In this document: positions 38,952-48,143 of the stretch, piece by piece
Numbering within the stretch: position 1 is the first letter of the stretch
How the letters are laid out: every line of letters begins with the position of its first letter
Assembly: GCA_963666425.2 (NCBI GenBank)
Contig: OY762825.2
Coordinates: 2,720,001-2,784,000 of the forward strand
Direction of reading: 5' to 3'
Source of the DNA: Bacillota bacterium
GTDB taxonomy: Bacteria; Bacillota; JAAYKD01
Length of the DNA: 64,000 nt
Made by a program: the position numbers and the translations under genes
Notes under the pieces: generated by a model
The model's database searches: none
What the model was told of the DNA's origin: nothing
What the model saw: the letters and a program-made list of their open reading frames with translations, nothing else

Positions 38952-40244
38952 ATGCATACAGATTGGATCAGAGATTTAAACAAAAAGCAGGGCGAGGAAG
39001 TCTGCATCAATGGCTGGCTGCACCGCGTGCGTAAATTAGGGAAATTGGCATTCCTGCTGATTCAGGATAAAACCGGTGTGATCCAGGGTGTGGTCACGGG
39101 AAAACCAGACTGGCTGGCTGAGCTCGGCAACGAACAGGCTGTCATCGTCACCGGTACAGTTTCTGCTTCCGATAAGCAGCCGCTCGGAGTCGAATTACAG
39201 ATCAGCCACGTTGAAGTAGTGGGTAAGGTGCTGGATGAGCTGCCCTTTGAATTGAATCAGGAAGAAATCAGCGCCGGCTTGGAGCATGTCTTGGATCATC
39301 GCGTCTTAAGTCTGCGTCATACCAAGACAGCGGCGATTTTTAAAGTTCAGGACAGCGTGGTCAAGGCATTCCGTGATTTTCTGCATCAGGAGAATTTTAC
39401 GGAGATTCACACACCAAAAATCGTGGCGACCGGCACCGAAGGCGGCAGCGAACTCTTTGAGATCAAATATTTCGAACAAAAAGCCTACTTAGCGCAATCG
39501 CCTCAATTCTATAAACAAATGGCAATGGGCGCCGGTTTGCAGCGGGTTTTTGAAGTAGCTCCGGTTTTCCGGGCAGAATCGAGCAATACTTCCCGCCATT
39601 TAAGCGAATTTATCAGTCTCGATCTGGAGATGGGCTTTATTTCCGGTTTACAGGATGTACTGCAATTGGAAGAACGTATGATGGAATACCTGTTTGCCTA
39701 TTTAGCGGAGTACAATGCGGCAGAATTGGCGATGTTCAAAGTAACCTTACCAAAAGTCGGTCAGATTCCCCGCTTGCGGGTGAAAGAGATCGCGGCGATT
39801 CTGGAAAAGGAATACGGCAAATCATTGGCCACGCTTGACCTGGATAATGAAGCGGAACGCCTGATCGGCGAATATATTCTGAAAGAGACCGGTTCGGAAT
39901 TCCTTTTCGCCACTCATTATGGCCGGGACAGCCGCGCCATGTATACCCAACCTTCTTTGGATGATGCGGATGTGACCGAGAGCTTTGATATGCTGTTCCG
40001 TGGCATGGAAATGAATTCCGGCGCCCAGCGTATCCATGATTATGAGACGCTGGTCAACAGCATCCGCCTGAAGGGACTCAATCCGCAGGATTTCCAAACT
40101 TATTTAGAAATCTTCCGCAACGGTATGCCGCCGCACGGCGGCTATGCCATTGGGGCGGAGCGTTTGGTCATGAAAATTTTAGGCTTACAGAATATCCGCG
40201 AAGCGGTGCTCTTCCCGCGGGACCGCAACCGCCTGACACCTTAA
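38952..40244 (+). CDS. aspS: Archaeal-type (short) non-discriminating aspartyl-tRNA synthetase
   Basis: About 430 aa with no GAD insertion. GWLHRVR, LAQSPQFYKQ, FRAE, GAQRIH, GMPPHGG and FPRD. Confidence 0.9.
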   Translation: MHTDWIRDLNKKQGEEVCINGWLHRVRKLGKLAFLLIQDKTGVIQGVVTGKPDWLAELGNEQAVIVTGTVSASDKQPLGVELQISHVEVVGKVLDELPFELNQEEISAGLEHVLDHRVLSLRHTKTAAIFKVQDSVVKAFRDFLHQENFTEIHTPKIVATGTEGGSELFEIKYFEQKAYLAQSPQFYKQMAMGAGLQRVFEVAPVFRAESSNTSRHLSEFISLDLEMGFISGLQDVLQLEERMMEYLFAYLAEYNAAELAMFKVTLPKVGQIPRLRVKEIAAILEKEYGKSLATLDLDNEAERLIGEYILKETGSEFLFATHYGRDSRAMYTQPSLDDADVTESFDMLFRGMEMNSGAQRIHDYETLVNSIRLKGLNPQDFQTYLEIFRNGMPPHGGYAIGAERLVMKILGLQNIREAVLFPRDRNRLTP

Positions 40245-40416
40245 AAAGCAATCTCAATTCCAATTTTTTAAAGCCGCTCTCGCTTGATCAGCAGAGCGGC
40301 GTTTTTTTAAAGCAGATTCAATTAATTTTCATAGGCTGCCCGGAACAAAGGAAATAACCTTTCGCATATGGAAATATAACAAGGTGATTCAGTGAATTTT
40401 TAAGGAGGTCAAACTT

Positions 40417-41565
40417 ATGCAAAAGAGAACATTTGGCAAGCTTGATTTTCAGCCCTCCCTTTTGGGATTTGGCTGCATGCGTCTGCCCGTGACCGGTCCC
40501 GATAAGGTGATTGATGAAGCAGAAGCGATTCAGATGATCCGCTTCGCCATCGATCAGGGTGTGAATTATGTGGATACGGCTTATAATTATCACAACAGTC
40601 AATCGGAAATTGTCTTGGGGAAAGCCTTGCAGGATGGTTATCGCGCCAAGGTAAAGCTCGCTACCAAGAATCCGTCTTTCAAACTGACGCAAACCCACGA
40701 GTGGCTGGAGTTCTTGGATGAACAGCTGGCCAAACTGCAAACAGATCATATCGATTTTTACTTACAGCATGGCTTGAATGCAGAACGCTTTGAAACTTTC
40801 AAGAAAGTCAATGCTTTCGAAGAAGCCAAAAAAGCCAAGGCAATGGGAAAAATCAAATACTTCGGCTTCAGTTTCCATGATAAACTCGAAATTTTTAAGG
40901 AAATTGTTGATGCCTATCCTTGGGATTTTTGCCAAATCCAACTGAATTATCTGGATACCGATTTCCAGGCCGGCATCGAAGGCCTGCGTTATGCCGCTGC
41001 CAAAGGGCTGGGCGTTGTGGTGATGGAACCGCTGCGCGGCGGCAGACTGGCTGCGAATTTGCCGGCCGACATTCAGGCAATGTTTGACGCCTATCCGATC
41101 AAAAAATCTCCGGCGGAATGGGCGCTCAACTGGGTTGCCAATCAGCCGGATGTTTCTCTGCTGCTTTCCGGTATGAGCACCATGGAACAAGTCAAAGACA
41201 ATCTCCGCATCTGCAGCACGGATGCCAGCAGAGTGAATGGTCTGCAGCCGGCAGAACTGCAATTCCTGCAGGAAATTGCCGCCGCCTGGAAGGCGAAAGT
41301 GCGGGTTGGCTGCACCGGTTGCCGTTATTGTATGCCTTGTCCGCAGGGAGTCAATATTCCGAGGCTCTTCTCGCTTTATAATAATGCCGCCATGTTCGAT
41401 AGCTGGGATGCGGCGATCGCGCTCTATCAGGATGCGATCGAACAGGGTATGGACGTTTCACACTGTGTACAGTGCGGCGCCTGTGTCAGCGCTTGTCCGC
41501 AGCAGGTCCCGGTGATTGAAAAATTACAAGAGCTGCATCGGATTTTCAGCAAGCCAAAACAGTAA
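40417..41565 (+). CDS. Aldo/keto reductase with C-terminal 4Fe-4S dicluster
   Basis: LGFGCMRLP, DTAYNY, MEPLRGG, CTGCRYCMPCP and CVQCGACVSACP. Confidence 0.92.
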   Translation: MQKRTFGKLDFQPSLLGFGCMRLPVTGPDKVIDEAEAIQMIRFAIDQGVNYVDTAYNYHNSQSEIVLGKALQDGYRAKVKLATKNPSFKLTQTHEWLEFLDEQLAKLQTDHIDFYLQHGLNAERFETFKKVNAFEEAKKAKAMGKIKYFGFSFHDKLEIFKEIVDAYPWDFCQIQLNYLDTDFQAGIEGLRYAAAKGLGVVVMEPLRGGRLAANLPADIQAMFDAYPIKKSPAEWALNWVANQPDVSLLLSGMSTMEQVKDNLRICSTDASRVNGLQPAELQFLQEIAAAWKAKVRVGCTGCRYCMPCPQGVNIPRLFSLYNNAAMFDSWDAAIALYQDAIEQGMDVSHCVQCGACVSACPQQVPVIEKLQELHRIFSKPKQ

Positions 41566-41621
41566 TTCATTCACTCCAGATACGGCTGAGAAAATTGAAA
41601 ACATAAGGGGAGGGGATTACA

Positions 41622-42515
41622 ATGCAATTTTCCAAAAAACCAATCGGAGATCTGGTCGGCTTTGAATTGGAGATCTTCCAATTTGGTCAGGGTGATGGTC
41701 CGAAGCTGATGGTGACCGCCGGTATTCATGGCGGAGAAGTCAGCGGCACGCATGCCGCCAATCAGCTGATCCAATACCTGACAGAACATGAATCTGAACT
41801 GAAAGGTCAGGTCAAGGTGCTGCCAGTCTGCAATCAGGGTGGTTTCCGCCGCATGGAAAGAACAAATCCTTACGATGATCTGGATATGAATCGGATTTTC
41901 CCCGGCAAACTGGCCGCTTCTCCTACTTTGGTTACCGCCAATCTGATTTATCAGGAAGCTGCCTGGCCGGATGCGATTGTTGATTTGCATTGCTGCGGCA
42001 TTTATGGCAGTAATTATATCCTTTCGATTTGGCACGAATCGGAAAAGGGTAAGAATCTGGCCGGCATGCTGGATATTCCGGTGGTGATCCAGTCCGGCGG
42101 TACCGAAGGTCAATTGTTTGTGGAAGCCAGCCGCAAGCTGGGTAAGGCTGCGGTGATCATCGAATTGGCCGGTGGCCAGCCGACCGGCAGTGTCGATTTG
42201 GCAGCTGCCGAAGAAGCTTATCTTGCATTGGTCAAACTAATTAAGCAATTGGGCATGCTGCCGGGACCGGTTGAGAAACCGGAACCTGTCTTCTGCGGTA
42301 AATTGGAAGGCAAATCTGCCGACTGTAATGGCTTTTTCCTGCCTGCCGTCAACAAAGGCAGTTGGATTAGCCAAGGGCAGCTGATTGGTCATTTGAACGG
42401 GAAAGCAATCAATGCCGAAGCGGATTGCCGCATTCTGCGAGTTGGCCCTGCCCGTTACTTGTTCTGTGGTGATTCACTCTATACATTTGCCCGCAAAGCG
42501 GAATGCAATCAGTAA
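41622..42515 (+). CDS. Succinylglutamate desuccinylase/aspartoacylase family (M14-like)
   Basis: AGIHGGE, DMNRIFPG, DLH and IELAG. Confidence 0.88.
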   Translation: MQFSKKPIGDLVGFELEIFQFGQGDGPKLMVTAGIHGGEVSGTHAANQLIQYLTEHESELKGQVKVLPVCNQGGFRRMERTNPYDDLDMNRIFPGKLAASPTLVTANLIYQEAAWPDAIVDLHCCGIYGSNYILSIWHESEKGKNLAGMLDIPVVIQSGGTEGQLFVEASRKLGKAAVIIELAGGQPTGSVDLAAAEEAYLALVKLIKQLGMLPGPVEKPEPVFCGKLEGKSADCNGFFLPAVNKGSWISQGQLIGHLNGKAINAEADCRILRVGPARYLFCGDSLYTFARKAECNQ

Positions 42516-42534
42516 GAGAGGAGCCTGATGAGCG

Positions 42535-43242
42535 ATGAGCGATTCTGTCTATACCAGTGAACGATTGTCCGAGGGAGTCTTTTGTATCACGCAAGGTCAT
42601 GTGCGGATGTTTTTGATTGAAGGCAAAGAACAAGCACTGCTGTTTGACACCGGTAATCCCGGTGGAGAACTGGCGGCTTATCTTGCCAAGTTAAGTCAAA
42701 AACCTTTAACCGTCGTCCTCAGCCATGCCCATGGCGATCATACCGGCGCTGTGGATCAATTCCCTTTTGTTTATCTGCATCCAGCCGATTTCAGTATGCT
42801 GCCGGCCAATATCGGCGGGCATTTCCTGCCGCTGGTCAAAAGCCAATGCTTTGATTTGGGCGACAGACGGCTCGAAAGCATTGAAATACCCGGTCATACC
42901 CCGGGCAGCATCGCTTTGCTCGACCGAGCCGCCGGGATTCTCTTCTCCGGTGATACGCTGCAGGTCGGACCGATTTATATGTTTGGAGCTTCTGCTTCCT
43001 TTGAACAGCTGCTCGCTTCTCTGGACAAATTGGAGGCATTAGCGCCGTATTACACTGTTGTTTATCCCTGCCATAACAAGCTGCCGGTCGGACCGGAACT
43101 GATTGGGCATTTACGCACCGCCGCCCAAAAAATGCTGGCCGGTCAACTGATCGGTCAGGAAATTGAGCTGAGGCCGGGGCGCAGGATGTGGCTCTATGCG
43201 GATCAGGATGTTTCCTTCTACGGACCGCCGATGCAGTCATAA
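42535..43242 (+). CDS. MBL-fold metallohydrolase
   Basis: SHAHGDH, GHTPG, SGD and PCH. Confidence 0.88.
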   Translation: MSDSVYTSERLSEGVFCITQGHVRMFLIEGKEQALLFDTGNPGGELAAYLAKLSQKPLTVVLSHAHGDHTGAVDQFPFVYLHPADFSMLPANIGGHFLPLVKSQCFDLGDRRLESIEIPGHTPGSIALLDRAAGILFSGDTLQVGPIYMFGASASFEQLLASLDKLEALAPYYTVVYPCHNKLPVGPELIGHLRTAAQKMLAGQLIGQEIELRPGRRMWLYADQDVSFYGPPMQS

Positions 43243-43252
43243 AAATAGCAAT

Positions 43253-43299
43253 AAAAATCCCTTGCCGATTTTTCAAAAAAGTCGGCAAGGGATTTTTTT
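43253..43299. terminator. Bidirectional terminator
   Basis: AAAAATCCCTTGCCGA/TCGGCAAGGGATTTTT. Confidence 0.85.
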
Positions 43300-43945
43300 A
43301 TTGCTTGACGGCCAGCAGCCATAAAGTAGAAAGAGCGGAACTCTTTGTTAATTCGGCTTTGGCTGAGAGGCAAAAACCGCAGTCGTTCAGCAGCGACGAA
43401 TAGGCAGAGACGGTTAAAGTGCTGCCAGGAAGTTCGGCCTTGGTTTGGGGATCTGCACTGCCATCCGTTGCTTGCCCGACGAGCAAAGGCACAGCCAAGA
43501 GCAGAGGAGCCTGCCTTTTTAATTGACGGTTGATTTTCTGTAAAACCCAAGCCTGTTGCTCTGCTTCTGTTTCCTGCAGGCTGTTGATCAGCAGAATCCC
43601 GTCAAAATAAGCATCGGGAAAGGGAAAAACCGTAAAATCCGTCAACAGGAAAGCAGCCTGCGGCAGCTTAGCGGCGGCATAACTGATTTGAGCGGAGGAA
43701 TAATCGATACCCAGGTAGCGCCAGCCGCCTTGCAGCAAGGCACGGCCAAAAACCAAAGCGTTGCCGCAGCCATAATCACCGATCAATGCGTTGGGCGGCA
43801 GCGTTTGACAAAAAGAACGGAACAGCTGGGCTGCTGGTTTGGCAAGCTGACCGGCGTTTCCTCTGCTGCTGTCATAATCTCTGCTATTATAGAATGCTTT
43901 GGCTTGCTCGCCGCAATGGTTTTGTATTTCGTTGATGGGAATCAC
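43298..43945 (-). CDS. Class I SAM-dependent methyltransferase
   Basis: Motif I IGDYGCGNA, GIDYS and FDGIL. The start is uncertain (GTG 43945 or ATC 43936); a TTGCTA-N17-TATAAT promoter lies just upstream. Confidence 0.75.
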   Translation of the reverse strand: MIPINEIQNHCGEQAKAFYNSRDYDSSRGNAGQLAKPAAQLFRSFCQTLPPNALIGDYGCGNALVFGRALLQGGWRYLGIDYSSAQISYAAAKLPQAAFLLTDFTVFPFPDAYFDGILLINSLQETEAEQQAWVLQKINRQLKRQAPLLLAVPLLVGQATDGSADPQTKAELPGSTLTVSAYSSLLNDCGFCLSAKAELTKSSALSTLWLLAVKQ

Positions 43946-44113
43946 CTTCTTCAAGAACGATACTACCTTCATTATAACGAGAGGTGACGGACATAGCAAG
44001 AAAAAGAGAAGGAAAATAACTTGCATAAGCAGAAAGAAAAGAACAGAAGAGAGTGAACGCCAGAGGAAAGCCCCAAAGCGGCTCTTTGGCAAAACAGGAG
44101 GAGAAAAAAGCAA

Positions 44114-44833
44114 ATGTTTTTGGCAAAAATCAATAAGGAACAATTCCTGGCTGCTGTGAAAACAATTGACACACTGATTTTACCGATCGGTTCTCTGGAA
44201 GCGCATGGTTGCCATTGTCCGCTGAGCACCGATATTATCGTTCCGGAGAAAATAGCGGCGATGCTGGACGAACAGTATGGCGACCGAATTTTTATCGCTC
44301 CGGCGGTTGCATATGGTTACTCTCCGTCACTGATTTATTTCCCGGGTACCGTCAGCGTTTCCGGTGAAACACTGGCTAATTACGTCACGGAGATAGTGAC
44401 CTGTTGGACAAATGTCGGGATCAAAAACGTGATTTTGCTGAACGGTCACGGCGGCAATGTGCCTTCCCTGACCTTGGCAGCCAATCGAATCGCCAAAACC
44501 GGCGCCAAAGTGATGTTGGTTAATTGGTGGCTGCATTTTTCCAAAGAAATTCTCACGGTCTGCGATGGCCAGGGCCATGCCGGTGAAGATGAAACCTCTG
44601 TGGTTTTAGCACTGGATCCGACCTTGGTGGACATGAGCAAGGCAAAAGTCTATGAGAAAAAACTGATGATTACGATGATGGCCGACGATATCGTCAAATA
44701 TTCTTATCCCGATGCCATGAACGGTGATGCCACCAAGGCGACAGCCGCCAAGGGAGAGGCGATCTACCAAATGGTAGTCAGACGCCTTGGCACGCTGTTG
44801 GAGCGTCTCTGGCAGGATCGAATCATAGATTAA
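44114..44833 (+). CDS. Creatininase/creatinine amidohydrolase family protein
   Basis: PIGSLEAHGCHCPLSTD, NGHGGN and HAGEDET. Confidence 0.9.
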   Translation: MFLAKINKEQFLAAVKTIDTLILPIGSLEAHGCHCPLSTDIIVPEKIAAMLDEQYGDRIFIAPAVAYGYSPSLIYFPGTVSVSGETLANYVTEIVTCWTNVGIKNVILLNGHGGNVPSLTLAANRIAKTGAKVMLVNWWLHFSKEILTVCDGQGHAGEDETSVVLALDPTLVDMSKAKVYEKKLMITMMADDIVKYSYPDAMNGDATKATAAKGEAIYQMVVRRLGTLLERLWQDRIID

Positions 44834-44870
44834 GGCAAGTTTTAGCGAACAAAGCATGCGCTGAAAGTGA

Positions 44871-45764
44871 GTGAATGGATTGCACAACCAAAGTGAAACT
44901 GCGAATCAAACAGAGCTGAATCAAACGATTCACCTGTCCGGCAGTAAATACAGTCTGGAATTAGGCGGCAATCGCGGCGCAGTCCTAATCGGAGACGCCT
45001 TGCATGGCTTCTGGCATCCGCATGCTTTGACCTACATCCAAAACCAAAATTGGCAATTGATGCAGGATGAACTTTGCGAACAAATTGGCAATGGAGCAGC
45101 GATGCTGGCCATTGGCTGGCGTGACCAAGCAGAGATCTCGGCGCTGCAGATGCAAGCTTACCTGGAATTTATCCTGGCAACCGTCGCTGTTTATCCGCTG
45201 CTCCTGGATTTCCCTCGGATAGCAGAGCTCGAAACAGCACTCGAAAAGATACCGGGCAAAGCCTTGATCTTGGCACCTTCTTTGGAAAGCCCGGATTTTC
45301 AAGCCTTCTGCCGGCTGGCATTTCTTAATCAAAAACCGCTGCTGCTGAATTTACGGCGTGAAAAACGAATTCCAGTCAGTGTGGAACAACGCATGCAGCT
45401 GGCGGATGAGACGGTAACCATGGCGCTGCAGGCCGGCTTAAGGCAGGATCAGCTCGCCTTTTTACTGCCATTGCCTTCTGTGACCAACAATGTATTGCCA
45501 CTGCAGGAAGCACTGGCTGCTATTTTACCCTTGAGAGAGAGATATCGAGTACCGGTGATGGTCAGACCGGTGGTCAGTTTTGTCACGTTATCGAAAGCCT
45601 GGCTGCAGTCGGCTGTCTCTGTTTGGGCCCTGGAACGGGGCGCCGATGCCATCATTGTCAATCCGAATTATCGCGAAATCGGTAATATCACGCGGGAAAT
45701 GGCGAATTTATTAGGCCGACCACTGCAAAAAATGCCTTTGGAGATGAAAAGATGGAGAAAATAG
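44871..45764 (+). CDS. Degenerate pterin-binding (MetH/AcsE-like TIM barrel) protein
   Basis: The pattern LIG..., EQIGNGA, PLLLD, ETALE..PGKALI, IPVSVEQR and GADAIIVNP aligns by eye to the CH3-THF-binding domain, but most ligand residues are substituted. Confidence 0.65.
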   Translation: MNGLHNQSETANQTELNQTIHLSGSKYSLELGGNRGAVLIGDALHGFWHPHALTYIQNQNWQLMQDELCEQIGNGAAMLAIGWRDQAEISALQMQAYLEFILATVAVYPLLLDFPRIAELETALEKIPGKALILAPSLESPDFQAFCRLAFLNQKPLLLNLRREKRIPVSVEQRMQLADETVTMALQAGLRQDQLAFLLPLPSVTNNVLPLQEALAAILPLRERYRVPVMVRPVVSFVTLSKAWLQSAVSVWALERGADAIIVNPNYREIGNITREMANLLGRPLQKMPLEMKRWRK

Positions 45765-47269
45765 AACTGCCAACCGCAGAAATTGAATCGTCCAAAGAAA
45801 CCAATCCGCAAAGATGGGAAGCATGGAAGCGAATTCTGGCGGTAGCGTTTTGTACAGCGATCCTGGGAGAGATGAAACTGACGCCATCCCAGCTGGGTGG
45901 TTCACAGGAATTCGGCTTAGGCATCATCGCTTTTAGTTTTGCCTTACTTTTTTGGCAGGATCTGGATATTCTCAACACCGGTTTCTTTACGGGCATGACT
46001 GTGATTCTGATCAAGGCAGTTCAGCTGTTCCCGGTGGCAGTCAATACAGATCTAGTGGAAATGGCGCTGAAGCTGAACTGGCCGGTACTCTGTTACTATT
46101 TGACCAACGCTTCTATTCTGATTGGCGCAGATGTTCGGCACAATGTGGAGAAGCCGGCTTACATTGCCACTTGGCTGTTCTTGGCTGATTTTTTGGCTAC
46201 TTTTATCGAATTGGTTGTCCGTGGTGAGCAGGAAGCGCTCAATGCCGGTTTTCCCACGGTCGTGCAAATGGTCTATGCCGCTGTATTCCGTACTGCGATT
46301 ACCGTCGCATTTTTCTATATCATTCGTCGCCGGCAAATGGAAGAACGCGCGATTCAGGATAAGGTGAAATATGAAGATTTGCTCATGCTGCTCAATGGTC
46401 TGCATGCAGAAGCGTTTTTCTTACGCAAATCGGCGGGAGATATTGAAAAGACAATGGGAAAAGCTTATGCGCTCTATCGCGTCCTGCAGGATAAGCAAAA
46501 AGAATATGAGCGGGGCGATAAATTAACCCTGGAGGCTTTGGATATCGCCAAGGATATTCATGAAATCAAAAAAGACTACCAGCGGATTGTCGCCGGACTC
46601 GATAAACTGATCAGCGAAGAAAACCTGGGCGCCGATATGTCTTTGGAAGAAATCGTGGAAATTATCTGTTCTACCAACGATTCCTATGCCAAACGGCTCG
46701 GCAAAGACATCGTACTGACCAGTCAGCTGAATTATCATTTTCGCACGGCGCAATATCACTCGATTATCTCAATTTTAAATAACCTGGTTTCCAATGCGAT
46801 TGAAGCCAATGAAATTGCGCCGGGACATATTCAAATCGCTTCTTCACTGATTGGTTGGCATATCTTCATCACGGTGACGGATGACGGACCCGGTATTGAA
46901 GAAATGGATCAACAGATCATCTTTGCTCCGGGTTATACCACGAAATTTTCCGGTGACGGCATGCAGTCAACCGGCATCGGCTTAACCCATGTGCAGTCTA
47001 TTTCCAGAAGTCTGGGGGGAGAAATCTCCGTCACCTCCAAAAAGGGCTTGACTGTATTTACCCTGATGGTACCCAGAAACGCCATTGAAATCGTCTTGAA
47101 CAGCGAGCAGGTGGCAGCCGCCGAAGCATTGAAAAAGAAAGCGGAAGAGGAGAAAAGTAAGGGTCTGCAGGGCGGCAGTCTGCAAACTTTTTCTAAGGAT
47201 TATCAGATGACGCGCCGTGCAGCGGATGTGAAGAAAGCGAAGCCCGGCGAAATCGAACACAAGCAATAA
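45752..47269 (+). CDS. Membrane sensor histidine kinase, GlnK/YcbA-like
   Basis: Multi-TM N-terminus, H-box DIHEIKKDYQRI, N-box NNLVSNAIEA, DDGPG, GYTTK and GIGL. Confidence 0.88.
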   Translation: MEKIELPTAEIESSKETNPQRWEAWKRILAVAFCTAILGEMKLTPSQLGGSQEFGLGIIAFSFALLFWQDLDILNTGFFTGMTVILIKAVQLFPVAVNTDLVEMALKLNWPVLCYYLTNASILIGADVRHNVEKPAYIATWLFLADFLATFIELVVRGEQEALNAGFPTVVQMVYAAVFRTAITVAFFYIIRRRQMEERAIQDKVKYEDLLMLLNGLHAEAFFLRKSAGDIEKTMGKAYALYRVLQDKQKEYERGDKLTLEALDIAKDIHEIKKDYQRIVAGLDKLISEENLGADMSLEEIVEIICSTNDSYAKRLGKDIVLTSQLNYHFRTAQYHSIISILNNLVSNAIEANEIAPGHIQIASSLIGWHIFITVTDDGPGIEEMDQQIIFAPGYTTKFSGDGMQSTGIGLTHVQSISRSLGGEISVTSKKGLTVFTLMVPRNAIEIVLNSEQVAAAEALKKKAEEEKSKGLQGGSLQTFSKDYQMTRRAADVKKAKPGEIEHKQ

Positions 47270-47291
47270 AGACTCGGATCAGAGAAAATAG

Positions 47292-47338
47292 AAAACTGCT
47301 CAAAAAGGGAAACATCCCGATTTTTGAGCAGTTTTTTA
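47292..47338. terminator. Bidirectional terminator
   Basis: AAAACTGCTCAAAAA...TTTTTGAGCAGTTTTT. Confidence 0.8.
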
Positions 47339-47347
47339 ACAATAAAG

Positions 47348-48082
47348 CTAGATGACGAAGCCGCCATTGGGGCTGATGACCTGGCCGGTGATGAATTTTG
47401 CTTTTTCCGAAGTCAGGAAAAAAACCAATTCAGCCACATCGGAGGGGGTACCGATTTTTGCCAAAGGAGTTTCATCCAGGAGGGTTTGTCTGGCTGCAGC
47501 ATCCAGATGAGCATTCATCGCCGTCTCAATCAGGCCAGGAGCCACACAATTCACGCGAATACCACTGGGGCCTACTTCTTTGGCTAAAGCTTTGCTGAAG
47601 CCAATTAAAGCCGCTTTGGCTGCGGAATAAGCAACTTCGCAGGAGGCGCCGCACAGCCCCCAGATGGAAGAGATATTGATGATTTGTCCCGCCTGCTGTC
47701 GGATCATGGCCGGCAGCACCGAGCGGCAGCAAAGGAAGGCTGCGGTGAGATTGACTGCCATCAGCTGGTTCCATTCTGTCAGCGACATCTCCTGTAATAA
47801 ACCGAGATAAGAAATACCTGCATTATTGACCAAGACATTCACCGCACCGCTGACTTCTTCTGTCTGCTGAAACAGCGCCAACACTTGTTCTTCTTTGGTT
47901 AAATCGGCAGGCAAGGCCCAGATGCGGGGATGGAGCAGACGAAGCTCTGCTGCCAAGGCTTGAGCGGCCAAACGTTGACTGTGATATTGCAGGATGACCG
48001 AATCACCATTTTGAGCAAACACGCGGGCTATGGCACCGCCAATCCCACCGGAGGCTCCGGTAACGAGGATCGTTCTAGGCAT
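47348..48082 (-). CDS. ymfI: SDR oxidoreductase, YmfI-like (EF-P 5-aminopentanone reductase / FabG family)
   Basis: TGASGGIG, NNAG and the YmfI-like signature ISSIWGLCGASCEVAYSAAK. Confidence 0.7.
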   Translation of the reverse strand: MPRTILVTGASGGIGGAIARVFAQNGDSVILQYHSQRLAAQALAAELRLLHPRIWALPADLTKEEQVLALFQQTEEVSGAVNVLVNNAGISYLGLLQEMSLTEWNQLMAVNLTAAFLCCRSVLPAMIRQQAGQIINISSIWGLCGASCEVAYSAAKAALIGFSKALAKEVGPSGIRVNCVAPGLIETAMNAHLDAAARQTLLDETPLAKIGTPSDVAELVFFLTSEKAKFITGQVISPNGGFVI

Positions 48083-48143
48083 GGCATCACCTCAAAAAGA
48101 AGAGCGAGCCGCATCTTACGAATACGCTCGCTCTTTTTCGCAA

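Noticed and set aside
43946-44143. ORF-track N-terminal extension of the methyltransferase
   Set aside because: It runs through the promoter and overlaps the divergent creatininase start; the sequence is low-complexity.
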